Shown in pieces: positions 37,401 to 51,500 of a DNA stretch of 64,000 bases. Within the stretch, counting starts at the first letter, position 1, and each line of letters starts with the position of its first letter. The DNA is from Gordius albopunctatus (lineage: Eukaryota). Location: assembly GCA_964276515.1 (NCBI GenBank), contig OZ193909.1, forward strand, positions 10,788,001 to 10,852,000. The letters are read 5' to 3'. The notes beneath the pieces are model-generated. The model did not search any database, was not told the DNA's origin, and saw only the letters and a list, made by a program, of their open reading frames with translations. The position numbers were made by a program, and so were the translations under genes.

Positions 37401-38328
37401 TAGAGGTGTGCACGGATCAAATTTTTTTGATCCGATCCGATCCGAGGGGTTTTTAAAAAATTTCGTATCCATCCGATCCGATCCGAGTTTTTTAAAATCT
37501 AAATCCGATCCGATCCGAGTTTTTTAAAATCTAAATCCGATCCGATCCGAAATTTTTTAATTAAAATTTTACGAACAGAACTTTTTATTGATGATTAAAT
37601 TCAAAATACATAAAAATAAGGTATAGCAATTTTAATATACTTGAAATATAAAATTTTATTTGACTAATTCCATGTTATCATATAAAAATAATAAAGAATC
37701 TAAATTTTCTGGTTTAATTCGCGTTCTTCTTTCTTCTAATGTTCTTCCAGCCACCGAGAAATTTCTTTCCGAAGTGGTAGAGGTAGCAGGTACAGCTAAA
37801 AATTTATTTGCCAGCTTATAAAGCCTTGGCAGGACTGTTTGATATGAAACCCACCATTTCAGCAAATCTTTTTTTGAATCATATTTGCAATCGCACCATG
37901 GAGATTGCTTCTAAGAAGGCAAGCTACATCATTCATGATTACCTGGATAGGAATCAAGAGGGAAAGGAGCTACGCGTGTGCTTTAAGGAAAGGGGAGAGG
38001 AGTGATTGATGATTTTCGGAGTTGAGTTGAAATGAAATAGAAAGAGATGCGTGTCTACGTCTAGCTAGGGAAAAACGCTAGGGAAATTCTGATAAATATA
38101 TTAGGGTAAGTAAGGGGTAAGGAGGTGGTATTGGGCATCAAAAATGGTAAAGTAAAAAAAGAATGCAAAGATAATTACGAAAAGGTATACTAAAAATTAT
38201 TAATTTAATTATTATTGTATCCGATCCAATCCGACTAAAATAAAATGTTGATCCGATCCGATCCGACTTCCAAAATTAAAATGTTAATCCGATGGATGTC
38301 GGATCGGATTGATCCGTGCACACCTCTA
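37401..38328 (-). mobile_element. Non-autonomous hAT with hATC remnant and (GATCC)n subterminal repeats
   Basis: Perfect 20-bp TIR TAGAGGTGTGCACGGATCAA, perfect 8-bp TSD atacaact. ORF LKWW...PRLYKLANKFLAVPATSTTSERNFSVAG. Confidence 0.95.
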
Positions 38329-38334
38329 ATACAA

Positions 38335-39253
38335 CTAGATGAACCCGGCAAACGTTTACCCGTGTGTATTAAATTATGTTGGAATTTTAATTGAATTAAA
38401 AATAAAGTTTGATTATTTCTACTTCTATTGTTCTATTTCCGTATAATAGATTAAGAATATATCAAATATAATTGGTAAGTGTTTATTATGCAAAAAAATT
38501 TAAACAAATAGTTAAAGAGGGTCCAAGGCCCAGGTCCACCCAAGAGAGAAAACCTGGCCCCATGCCCCCCCCCTCAAGGGAAAAATCTTTGGCCCCTTGG
38601 CCCTTCAAGCAATTTTTTGTAATTGAGAAACAATATCATAATTATAATTATTTGTTTCTGAATAAAACTTTTAATTCTGAACTTAATAATGTCCGAAGAA
38701 CTGAGATATATCAACATTTATTGGCACTTTTTTAAAAGTATTTTCATTTTTTTCCTTATTTAACGCGCAAAAAATGATAAAATGAGATTTTTAAATTTAT
38801 TTAGCCACGCAGGAGGGGACACGACCGTCCTATAATAATAATTGACATGAAATATAAGTAAAAAAACGACTTTGATTTAATGTTTCAAATCGTAAAAAGT
38901 TTCCATTTTCCGCAGCACATGCCTACATTTATCACACTACACTGCCTACACGCATGACGTTCTAGAAAATACGATAAGCGATACACTTTTATTAAAGAAC
39001 TGTATATTCAAATTTTCAAAGAACACGATAGATACGCAGTACGTCATGAGGTTGCGTTTGATTGACATTTTATTAAACGTCAAAACGTATAAAACAAACT
39101 CAAAAACTACTGGACCGATTTGGCTCGAACAAATCTTAAAACATGATCCTGAGTGTGGGGAATAAACTGTGAAATTTTGAGCCAAATCGGTCTGGTAGTA
39201 TTCCAAAATTGGTGGCGGCATACACACACACATAGTTTCATTTTTATATATAA
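38335..39253 (-). mobile_element. Non-autonomous Helitron-like element
   Basis: Minus strand 3' end: palindrome GGTAAACGTTTGCC followed by ...CATCTAG|T. 5' end TTATATATAAAAATG with (TG)n and ACCGATTT motifs. Confidence 0.65.
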
Positions 39254-40390
39254 GCTTTGTTGAATCCAATGGCACACCAAAATAAATTTTTTGGTTAACA
39301 CTTGCCTATAAAATTCCGGAATTGGTTATGAATATTAATTTATCAAACTTAGGATGGTAAATCACTAATAAATGGGAAAAAATTGTGTACAAACTATTTT
39401 TTGGAAAATCATTGGCTTTATATGTGCATGTGGTACATAAAAATATGCAAGATATGTTAAACAATAAGCATGTGAGATGGACAATTAAATTGAATCCAGG
39501 ATGAAATTTTCGTAAATTTAATAATATTTTAATATATTTTAAAAGTGTTAAAAAGTTTAAAGCAAGTTTAAAAACCCAGATAATTTTTCATTAAATATTA
39601 AAACTAGTATTGGTAGATTCAAAAGAGTAAAAAGTGTCATACTTTTTTGGTTTTTTAATACGTTTAGAAGGTACTAAATCATAAATTGAAGCTAAATCTT
39701 TTGCCTTATTATAAAGAATTTGATAGTGATCCTGATTTCTAATATCATTTAAAGTTAATATTAGGCTATCAACCGTTGAAATTGCATTTATTAAACAAAT
39801 ATTTGGGCTTTATGTTATAATTAAAAGTTATATTCAAAGACAAATAATTAATCTTCATAATTTTTCTCAATTAAGATAAAATAAAAAAATGGCTTACGGG
39901 GCCCAGGGGCCCACTCCCTGAAAACATTGATAGATTTAATATTTTTGAATTTAATGTGAAAATATTCTTACATTTATATTCAAAATACTTAAAAGCTCAA
40001 ATTATTTTATTATGGGAAATTGTTTAAAATCAACAAATATACATTCAAAGGCCGTTTGAAATATATATTAATCTCTTCTCTACTTTAAAAATACTGAAAT
40101 TTATTAATCTAACCCAACCTGATATAAGTATTATCTTTTTACTCAAACCAGGTCTAAAATGGATTTTTCTCTAGCCCTAACGCCTTAAGATAATTTTTAT
40201 AATAAACCCTTAAATTGATAAAAATTATTACTTAAAATAAGACTCAAAAAAACTATTTACAGCATTTTAAAACCTTAAATAATATGGGTATTTTAAACTT
40301 CGTTAGGTTAAGCTTCTTTGCCCATCCAACATTTAAATTCTTAAAAAATTTTATTTTTGAAAAATTAATATATAAGTTTTTACATTGAAC

Positions 40391-40777
40391 CAGAGGTGAG
40401 ATTTCTTTAAATATTTCTGCCAGGACCGGGCCCGATCCGATTTTATAACTAAATTGCTCGCCCAGACACGCCCTAATTCTTCTATGTGTCCTAAATTCCT
40501 GGTCCAAAATAATGATTTTTTAAATAGTAAAATTTTTTCATATTTTCCAACAAATTTTTTAATTTTATTTTCGTTTTTTTGGATAAGAGCTACGATTTAG
40601 ATTTATAAATAATATAAAAACAAATAAAATGGTGACAATAACTCATGAAAACAAAATAATAAACTATATTAATAAAGCCCGAATCGACTAAATCTTGTTA
40701 TGATGCCCGCCCGGGCCCGTCCGAAAATTTAGATTTAGGACCGAGCAGCGGGCCGGGTCGGGCTTTTCTGGCTTCTG
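40391..40777. mobile_element. hAT-type MITE (CCCG-rich)
   Basis: Termini cagagg / cttctg; TSD cattgaac / ccttgaac. Shares motifs with the element at about 200-510. Confidence 0.7.
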
Positions 40778-42525
40778 CCTTGAACCTTTACGACCCGATG
40801 TAACTTTCAAGAATCTAGGTCAAAAAATTTGAAATTCAAATAGATATTTATTTAATAAATTTATTTTATTCAAGAAATTAGTGGTTTTCAAAGCTGTATA
40901 TTAATATAAAAATTCTGTTTTTAACAAGAAAATAAGTTTTTAGGAAATATGTAACTCTATGTAAGAGTAGGTAAAAAAGAAACTAGTTCCTGTTCATCGT
41001 TTCTTCATGCAAAATGGGACTATCTCAGTTCCAAGTTGTCCAAATTACTTTAAAAAATTTCCAACATATTATATAAGTACTAAAAAATTGATATTTAAAA
41101 TCATTTTAAAATTGGCGTAAATTTTTCTCTGAAAACATTTGTTTTTTATAATTAATAATATTTATTGATTTGGTGTCTTTCCTAAATTACACCTTTTTAA
41201 AATAGAAAATATAAAGGAATTTTATTAAAGTTGTAGGTAATTTTATAAAAAAACAAATTTAACTCGCTGTTTTAAATCTGCTAAGATAGGTTAGTTAAAA
41301 CTTAAATCTTATGGCTTGATAAAAACTAAGCAATATTTGTCGTAATTAAAATGTGATGACGCCAAATAACTCCCAATTAATAGATATGGCGATTGATTTG
41401 TAAATGATGTTTTAAAATATGACTGCAATATATAAACATAACTTAAAATAACTTTTTCAAAAAAAAGAAGTAGATAATTTTGCCTTTCTCTGCATTTATC
41501 GTACTAATTCCAACTCTTTGTTTCCCCTTTTAAACAGTTCTTAGTTTAATTCCCTTTTTTTAAATATACAGTTCCAGGAAATATATTCTGAACTAGTTTG
41601 TTAAACAACCGTGCTTTAACCAAGTTGAAATAGTTCCATATTCCTTCTTTAAAATTTCATGATACAAGCCAAGTCTATAATTGTCAACATCTATAAACTA
41701 TTATATTATTGAAATTTGTCAAAATTTGGACGTTAAATTAATTGAATAGAGTAAAAAATCATAATATTTTGCTAAATTTGTATATAATAATTTTATAGTA
41801 TTTAATGTCTAAATGAGCAACAATGCCACAGCGCTTCATAATATAAAAATCATGCGTTTATTTAATAATTTATATATTAATTAATTTAATTGTTTAATGA
41901 AAACATCCAATATCCTACACATTAAGAAATCAACTTCTAAAAGGATGGGAAAATGTCGTTTATTAAGTAAATGGAATGAAATCAATAAAGTATCTAAATA
42001 AACATTAAAACAAAAAGCGAGCCCATAAATTGCATGGCAATTATTAATGATCTTTAAAAAATATTATATCAAGCCTGAAATCAAAAAAATATAATAAATA
42101 GCCACAGTAATATAACTTTTTTATACTCTTCATTTCTACAGAAAACTAATGAATAATGTAACAAAAATATTTTTGATAGCTTTTGTGGCGGCGCACTTTT
42201 AGCCGAGGATTTTAAAGGTGAAAGCTGTTATATAAAAAGTGAGCTAAGCTAAGACAGAATGTAGTGATGCTTCTCTGTAGTAAAAATTACTAGATCGCTA
42301 TATTCTTATTAATATTTATATAGTTCTAAATTTTAATGTACATGTATCGTTGCGAAATAGGTTTAGCCAGAGCTTATCTTAGAAGCAGCCTGTAGTTTCA
42401 AAGAGTTAATCGTATATTATTCAAATTTTATTGCGTTTAATGGATAAATTATAAAAATTCATAGTTTTATAATACTTTTGTTTAGCAATATTTTACTAAA
42501 AATATTTATTACATAACGCAGAGTC

Positions 42526-45500
42526 ATGGAAAATAGTACAATCTATCAGCAAATAATTAAAATAATGGAGGCCTTGAATTTGTCACCCAAGGATTTAACA
42601 AGTGCAGAAGTGATGAGAATAAATTCTTTCCTTGAAAACACTATAGACAAACTCTTAATTATAGCGTTTAGCCACAAATCAAAATCTATCGCCTTCTACT
42701 CTAACAAAAATGAAGTATATTTGTTTTGTCTCCTATTTTTAATTTTGCGAAAATTTGTATTATACACAACCTTAATGGCTAGGAATACAAAGGACAAGCC
42801 CTAAGATAGTTTTTTAGAATAATAATTATGAATTAAATTTCTTCGCATTTTAAAACACGCACTAGAGACGGAAAATTTTTGCAAATATATAGAATTTGTA
42901 GATTTTCACCTTAAATAAGATCTAATTTGATAATTAATCATTTTTATCAAAGCAATATGAGCCCTATAATCATCATTAATTTTTACATATAAATCGGAAA
43001 AAATACAATATTTTTATATTTGTAAACCACAAACATTTGCTAATTGCTGAAATTTTCTATTTTACATAGTCTATAAAGAATATATAAACATTAAATAATG
43101 ATTTAATATATATGGGATATAAATAAAACTTTTTAATTACTGTCAAAGTTGAATCCAACTTTTTATTTGTACGACTTTAAATGACATTAAATCATACGTT
43201 TTTATTATAATGTTTAAAATTCATTGTTTTAAAAGTTATTCATGCAGTTTTATTAAAATGGAGAAGGTGGGTATAAAAAAACATAAAACTCAAGAGATTG
43301 AAAGTAGTTGAAAAATATCTTTTTAAAAATGTTATCTGCATCTGCACAAAATGAAACATTTTTTAATAGAAAACGATATGAAAAATTTTGATATTCATAC
43401 TAGCTTTCAAATGTTTTACAACTTTAAAAAAATTAAAAGTTGTGAATTTTTAAACTCACAAGAAATGCAAAAAAATTAATGTCATAAGTAAGCTCCAATA
43501 ATCAATCTATAGGTATATATCTTGCAACAACGTTTGAAATATCCAATGCAAAACTTCTTATTTATTAAAATCTATATTACAAATCTTGCGATATGCATGA
43601 TTTATTAATTCCAAACAGCTTCCAATCAATTTAAGTTCATAATTTTTAATATTAAAGTTTATAAAGTAATCGGAATTTGTTAAATATTTTATATTGTTCT
43701 CTTTTATAACAAAGGTTGGATATATTCAAAAAATATTTTAGAAGATTTCTAAAATTGTAACATTTGCATACATTAATATTTATTAAGCATTTTATGATGT
43801 AAGGCTTTCTGTTTTTAACATTTTCAAGGATAAATAAAGAAATATTGGTGACACAAATTTTTAATATTTGATAGGTTGAAACGGGAAATTATGATAAAGC
43901 ATTGGCAATTGTCAAAAATGAATGCCCCGAAAATAATATAGATCTACTTGATGCCTATTACATCATTGGATGCAACGAAGAATGCATGAAATTAAATGTG
44001 ATGCACACTATTTTTAATCCTGAAACAGATGTAAATTCAGGGAAAACATTGAATTTCAGTAAGTATATATTGGACGTTAACAGTTACCAAATTCCATTAT
44101 ACATGGCCGTAGCCAGGATTTGCATTAAAGGGGACAGTAATAATTTAAGGAGGGCCAAAATGATCATTTTTTAGGATTTTGGCCATAATTGTATTCAATT
44201 TAAAAAAATTTGGATTTGGAGGAGGGCAGCCGCCCCTCCCTACCCCCCTCATTACGCCCATGACATTATATCCATTGTATTGACAGGTGTGTTTAAGATG
44301 ACAAAATAATTTAGATTATCTCATCAAAAATTTAATTTTTTAGTATTTACTATAAACTTTTTCGATTAGCTACGGACAAAATTCTAAAAACAAATCAATA
44401 ATATTAAAGCAAGAGCTCACATTAAATATTTTATGCTAATATTAACATTAAATTTAATCAACAATAGTTTTAACTTTATAGATTTACATGGTGATGGGAA
44501 AAAGCTTAGCACTAGCGCGCTTAGCACCTCACCGCTGATGGGAATAGCCTATTAAATACGCCATGTCTACTAGCAAATAGTCACTTTAAGTGCTATAAGC
44601 TATAGGAGATGGGAGGTTTGAGGCGCTAAAGCTATAGCCGATAGCACTTAAATGCACTAGAGCTATAGCACGGCGCTAACATTGAGAATAATCTGTTAAA
44701 TTGTTTATTAGATATTAAAATACAATAACAAGGGTGAGTACGCACAAGTTCATATTATATCCTATTGTTTTCATTGAAATTATTATTATTATCAATGTTA
44801 GCGCCGTGCCATAGGAGTAGCGCATTTAAGTGCTATCGGCTATAGCTTTAGCGCCTCAAACCTCCCATCTCCTATAGCTTATAGCACTTAAAGTGACTAT
44901 GTACTAGTAGACATAGCGGCATATGGTTGCTATGTGCTATGGCTTTAGCTCCTTAAAAACGCTATTTCCCCATTACTATACAAGTGAAGTGATGGATGCA
45001 GTATATAAATCTTAATAATTATAAATTCTGACTCCTTCCTACTATTCAAGTTATATTCCTAATTTGATTAAAAAATTGTAATATCAAAAATTAATTGGAT
45101 ATAAAAATTTTTAGCATGGCAATTAAAGCTATTTTGAGACATTTAAAAATTTTCGAATTACTTATCACAAAAAGCATTTTTATTGTCACCTATATAAAAA
45201 CTCGGGCCTTCGGCCCTCGTGGGAAGGGGGAAGGGGAGGAGGGGAGGGAAGGGGGAACTCATCTACACTCCGTATAAATGTATCATATTTGCTATGCAAT
45301 TTATGGAAATACTTACGTGAATATTGCAAAACGAAGTTTGGAAGCACTAAATAAGTGTATATGCCAAATATCATAAAGGGGGAGAGAGGGAGCGAAGGGG
45401 AAGCTTTATGGTTAGTTAAATTCTACGGGAAACAGTTGTATTAATTTATATTTAGGTAGACAAATTTTTACTTGTCTATTTTTAAAGACTATTTTTAATA

Positions 45501-48500
45501 TAGGAAGAAAATTTGGAGGGAAATAAGTAATAATTTTTTCACAAAATAAATTCAAAAAAATGGAAATCCTAAATTTTCTAAAAGTGCCCGGGGTTAGTCA
45601 TAGCCCATAAATTAACTCTGACGTTTTCACTTTTTTTAGTGTAGGCTAACTCATATCAATAAAAAGATTGTTTCTTTATAAAAAATGTAGAAAATGCAAA
45701 TGTAATATGATTATTTTTTCTTTTTATCATGCCATTTGTAAAACGCAATGAAAAATGGCTAGCGATAGCCCCTCTCCGACTAGCCCCGACCCCTATTTTA
45801 ATAAACAATTAATAATGTAGATAAATGAAAGACAAAACCTAATTTTATGCCAGAACACAAAAAAACAAAATATAGTAATCTTTAAAATAAATAATTCAAT
45901 GTGTAAAAATGTATATGAAAGAATATTAATGTTGAAAACCTAAACACTAGCACATGCAAAAAACAATCATGAACAAAATATCACATTTGAGAATAAATAA
46001 AAATATTACATTAGTTTTTATGGCCTCTAGTGATTATGGGTCTAACAAACATTATATTATAAAACACCACAATGTTAAGAATTTGCAGAATTGTTGGGAG
46101 AAATTTTTTGTTGAATTTGAACAATTTTTAATTAAAAAAATCAAAAATTTGGCCAATGGTCATTTTTTCTGCATTGATCAGTACCAACAGATACTCTATA
46201 AGTCAATGATAGCCAAAAAAACGGAAAAAAAATTTTGATGCTCACTTTGGCCAATGGTCATTTTTTCCCATTGGTCAGCAGCCAGCACACGGTAAAAGTG
46301 GATATAAATTCATAAGAGTAAAAAAAACGAAAAAAAAGTTTTAGAATCACATTTTGGCCAATGGTTATTTTATTCCATTGGTCAGCAGCCAGCGGACGGC
46401 CAAAAAGTCATAATAGCAATGGTAGAAACAGGAACAATCATAATAGTCAAAAAAAACGGAAAAAATAATTTCGATTCATATTTTGGCCAATGGTCATTTT
46501 TTTCCATTGGTCAGCAGCCAGGACACGATAAAAGTGGATATAAATTCATAACAGTCAAAAAAAAACGAAAAAAAAATTTTCGAATCACATTTTGGCCAAA
46601 GGTCATTTTATTCCATTGGTCAGCAGCCAGCGGACGGCCAAAAAGTCATAATAGCAATGGTAGGAACAGGAACAATCATAATATACAAAAAAAACGAAAA
46701 AATAAACTCGGATATACATTTTGGACAATGGTCATTTTTTTCATTGGTCAGCAGCCAGCGGACGGCCAAAAAGTCTTATTATCATTGATAGTTACAAGAA
46801 CAATCATAAGAGTCAAAAAAAACTCCGGGATTCTAACCCAAAAACTAGATAAATTGCATAGCAATTATTAAAAAGTATAGGGTAATTATCAATGTTAACC
46901 TATTCAAAAACGAACAAAAAATTTTGATTTATTTGGCCAATGGTAATTTTTTTCAATTATCAATGTTAACTTATTCAAAAAGGAAAAACGAAAAATTAGG
47001 ATTTATTTGGCCAATGTTCATTTTTTCATTGGTCAGTAGCCAGCGGACGGTCAAAAAGTCATATTATCAATGGTATTAACAAGAACAAAATATTAAATTA
47101 ATTAAAAAAATAAAAATTTTTCCCTTCCGGGATTCGAACCCACATTAAATAGAGGCATAAGCCTTTGGAGGGGAACAGGGAACCATATAAATAGAGTCAT
47201 AGGCCCTTGTAGGGGAGGGCATAGGGTAATTATCAATGTTAAACTATTCAAAAACGAAAAATTAAAAATTTCGATTTATCTGGCCAGTGGTCATTTTTTC
47301 ATTGGTCAGTAGCCTGCGGACGGTCAAAAATTCATATTATCAATGGTATTAACAAGAACAATATATTAATTTAATTTAAAAAAAAATAAAAATTTTTGTC
47401 CTCTCCGGGTCTCGAACCATCAATTTAGAACGTTCGCCGGGATTCAAACCCACATTAAATAGAGGCATAAGCCTTTGGAGGGGAACAGGGAACCATATAA
47501 ATAGAGCCATAGGCCCTTGTAGGGGAGGGCATAGGGTAATTATCAATGTTAAACTATTCAAAAACGAAAAATTAAAAATTTCGATTTATCTGGCCAGTGG
47601 TCATTTTTTCATTGGTCAGTAGCCTGCGGACGGTCAAAAAGTCATATTATCAATGGTATTAACAAGAACAAAATATTAATTTAATTTAAAAAAAAAAAAA
47701 AAAATTTTGTCCTCTCCGGGTCTCGAACCCGCAACCTCCAGGTCGGGAAGCTGGTGTAAATAACTTGGTGGACGGACGGACGGACGGACAGACGGACAGA
47801 CGGACGGACAACCAAAAACGAGCCCATAAATTGCATAGCAATTAATAATTTATATTTACAAAATCAAAGATATAATGGATATTTATTATAAAAGGTCTAG
47901 ACTTCGAAACGGTATTAAAGGAATATTGTGAGACGAAGAAATTGCAAACCCTTATAATTCCAACGAATTACGAGCAGCATGAATCTTTTAATAAGCTTTT
48001 CCACAATCTCTTAAACCTCTGTAATGAGATGGTTGACATTAAGGAAGCGATGTACAAAATATTTGATTTTTTGGCCGAAATTGCCAATGAAGAGAGTAGA
48101 GATATGCTCTTGATTTATGTTGAAGTTGCAAGTATTCAATATTAATAATTCTTCTATTTTATAGCCAATAATGCGTTAAAGCTCGATATTACAATCTGTC
48201 TGAAAGCGGCTGGGGTTAATTTATCAATCTTAACAATTTCTTATAATATTAAAAATTTTGGGTATAAAATATATTTTTCTGTAACAAGGGAAGGATTTTG
48301 TAATAAGTGTTTTGACTGTAATTAAGACATGAAATTGAAGTCAAATATGCATATTCCCTTAACTTCCATTTCCCCTACATATTCCCTATTTGGGTCTTAA
48401 ATTCTTAAACACAATTTAGCTTTATATTTGACGATGAGACATAAGTTGTGGGGATTTTTGAGTGATTTTATTTCTAAAATTTGGGCCCTTTGAAAAAAAA

Positions 48501-51500
48501 GAATCTCATTGCTTGGTGTATTTGCGATAGTATAAATCTTATAATTATGTGTTGCTTGCTAATTTAGAGGTTTGAAACCTATTTCTATATTGGTTTATTC
48601 ATTTATAAATAGATTTCCAAATATATTCCATTTTCCTGCAATACTTTGGAAATTATAATTTGTGGTTTCTTTCGGACGCCAAATTTAGAGCTTTAACACA
48701 TTTTATGAGAAAATATTTAAAAGTTTGGATCTCGAATTTGAAAGATTCGATTGTCTATTTCACGTCAATTGGCAAATCAATTGAAATAAATCACATCTAT
48801 TCCTTCATAGAAGAAGACGTAAATTCCAAAATCGACCAAGTATTATAATTATAATGAGTGCTTAGCTCCACGGGCGTAGCGAGGGGGGGGGGCAGGGAAT
48901 GGCGAAAACAATTTTCAATGCAAAAAGCCTTAAAAATTAAAAAATATGTTTAGCCACCCCCCATCCTAATTAAACTTTTGAACGTTTCGCCCCCCCCCCC
49001 ATAATCCAAAATCTGGCTAGGCCCATGCTTAGCTCCCAAACTACTAGCTAATTTAATGTTGTAATTTATTAATTTATTTTACTAATACTTATATTGTTTT
49101 GCACATAAAATAATGATCAAACAATATTTTTATTTACATTTATTTAGATCGAATCTGTCTTAAAGGTTTATAAAATGGTATCAAATAATGGTGAAGATCA
49201 AGAAGTGTTAGTTCCCCAAAATTTCAAACTTTTTAAACATGTAAATATTTGTGATTATGGTCAAACCATTAGTGAAATGGTTGATTCTAACCCTGAGAAA
49301 AATAGAAAAGAAAGTGAAATTTTTGACAACAGCATTCAGGCATATTATGATCAAATATGCGTTGCCACAAAATTGTATATTTCATCTCTCATAATGCAGT
49401 GTCAGAGAATGATTGAGGAAAATGGTTATAAAACGGCCTTGCAAACGATTTCATTAAATAAAGACATTCTCATTAATAAATTTATTGTTAAATGGACTAA
49501 GAAAAATAATGATATTTCTGGTTTAATTGAAAATTTATTACTAAACATGATGGCTTCTAATGAAAAATTAGATCTAGTAGATGCAAATCGTTTGGACATT
49601 GAACAAATTCTAATTTATATACAATCTACAAGCGAAATTATTTTGCAATTACATCAACTCGAGTTATTTGTCACAATATACGTCGAACCACAATGTGAAT
49701 TTTTTATTAAGTTCAATGATTTTAAAACGAAAACTATTGTCGATAAAAATCAATGGGAAACAACTTTGAAACAAATAATTATTGATGTTCTCTATTATGA
49801 CCCTAAAACGAGGTAATACTAGTAAAGTGAAGGCTTGCATCCACTTTTAAAATATTAATCCAAATTTTGGCAATGATTTATTTTTATGGGTAATCGGGAT
49901 TAATTTAGAAATGTTTAACAGACCGCTTGAGGGGGCCAATTATTAAAAAAATAATATAAATGTAGGAGCACTCAACAGGCTTTCCTAGAAATGTGTCTGT
50001 TACTACAATAGCAATATTAAACTCAGAAATGTTCTATTGATATAAAAAGAGTTCTTCTAATAATTCGGGCTACATGAGCATATTTTTGAGAGTAAAATGT
50101 GTTTACAAATTATAGCATAATGAATGAGAGTGAGTCCAACTTTCTAATAGGATTAATGTGTATACTCGTAAATTATGATTTTCTCATTTATTGCAGTACG
50201 GGGTGGAGCACCTAATTAAATGGAAAAAGTTGGCCCTCCATTACTTTCACATTAAGCCTTTTTAGTCGATTTAATTTAAAAAATTTTTGAAAATCTATTT
50301 CTAAGAGAGGATTAATCAAAAATCCAATTTTGACAAAAATAAGAAGCAGTCACGGATGGCGATAAAAATATATTTGCTTAAAATATATTGAAATATATTA
50401 ATTTTTTTGATGTATGATAAGCATATATTTATTCATTTCTTTCCTTGTTTTATACTAATACTCATATTTGATCAGATTTAATCCCAACTTCAAAATATTC
50501 AGAAAAGCCATGCAAAGGTCCTCTTATTTTCAAACATTTGAGTTAACATACCCACCAATGTTACTGCAAGTTAATAGATTGCTAAGCACAAACACCTTGA
50601 ACATTGGAAACTTCTTTGAAAACGATCAAAAATTTAATCAAATATTCAAAAAGATACTCGAAACGGGCAAAGAATATGTAAAAATGGCTGAAGAATTTAT
50701 AGAAGTAAGTCAATTATATTATTTATGCACGATTTTTTAGATTCTCGATAAATATAAACAACTGGAAATTTCTCTATCTGAAAGAACTGAATCGCTATTT
50801 ATTAGTCAACTAAAAAACGTTCAAGATGCATTAGACAATGTAATAGTTTTACATTTAAATAAAATCAATAAATATATATATTTAGGATTGCCCTAAATGG
50901 AACACAAGGAGCGAAGAAGTTGCATTATTTAAAACAAACATTAAAAAGCTTATCTCGCTGACCTGTAACAAGTTTGAAACATTTAAAATGATAGGAACAC
51001 AAATTGATATTCACTTTGAAAAAATAAATGGCTTAAATATTTTTTTGGATAAAAATGCTGTAAAAGAGCATTATCAAGAAATAAGAAGACTCGTAAAAAC
51101 CAATTTTGACGAATCGGTATAAAATTATATTTTTTAAGCTGGAATGTTAAAACCCCTTATTTATTATAAGTACTCATACGACATTTATTCAAATTCAATA
51201 GATCCAAGGACCGGAATTAAAAAAGATTATAGAAAAGGAGTTTTTTCAGATTATATCTAGCAATTTTAATCATCTATCATTGAAAGATGCTTTAAAAAAA
51301 GTGGAAATGGTTTTTGGGATTTGTTTAGGGTATTTAACAATTCATGTGAAATATAATTTATAGGGAAACTGATTTGTATTTTAGCCCTGATACTCAAAAC
51401 ATTGATAAAATATTTTCTGAAAAAATTAAATATATAATAAACACGCCATTAAATTTGTGTGTATTATTTGAAACGGAATATGCTGAACACGTGAAAAGCC

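Noticed and set aside
42230..42525. RFX/X-box promoter motif expected upstream of a ciliary gene
   Set aside because: No convincing GTTNCCATGGNAAC-like match seen by eye; a PWM scan would be needed.
45954..46871. ORFs of 94 and 150 aa
   Set aside because: They are translations of the tandem repeat and adjacent AT-rich DNA.
46140..47650. CRISPR-like look (palindromic repeat with spacers)
   Set aside because: The spacers are homologous to each other and alternate, the context is a eukaryotic intron, and there are no cas genes. It is a tandem repeat.
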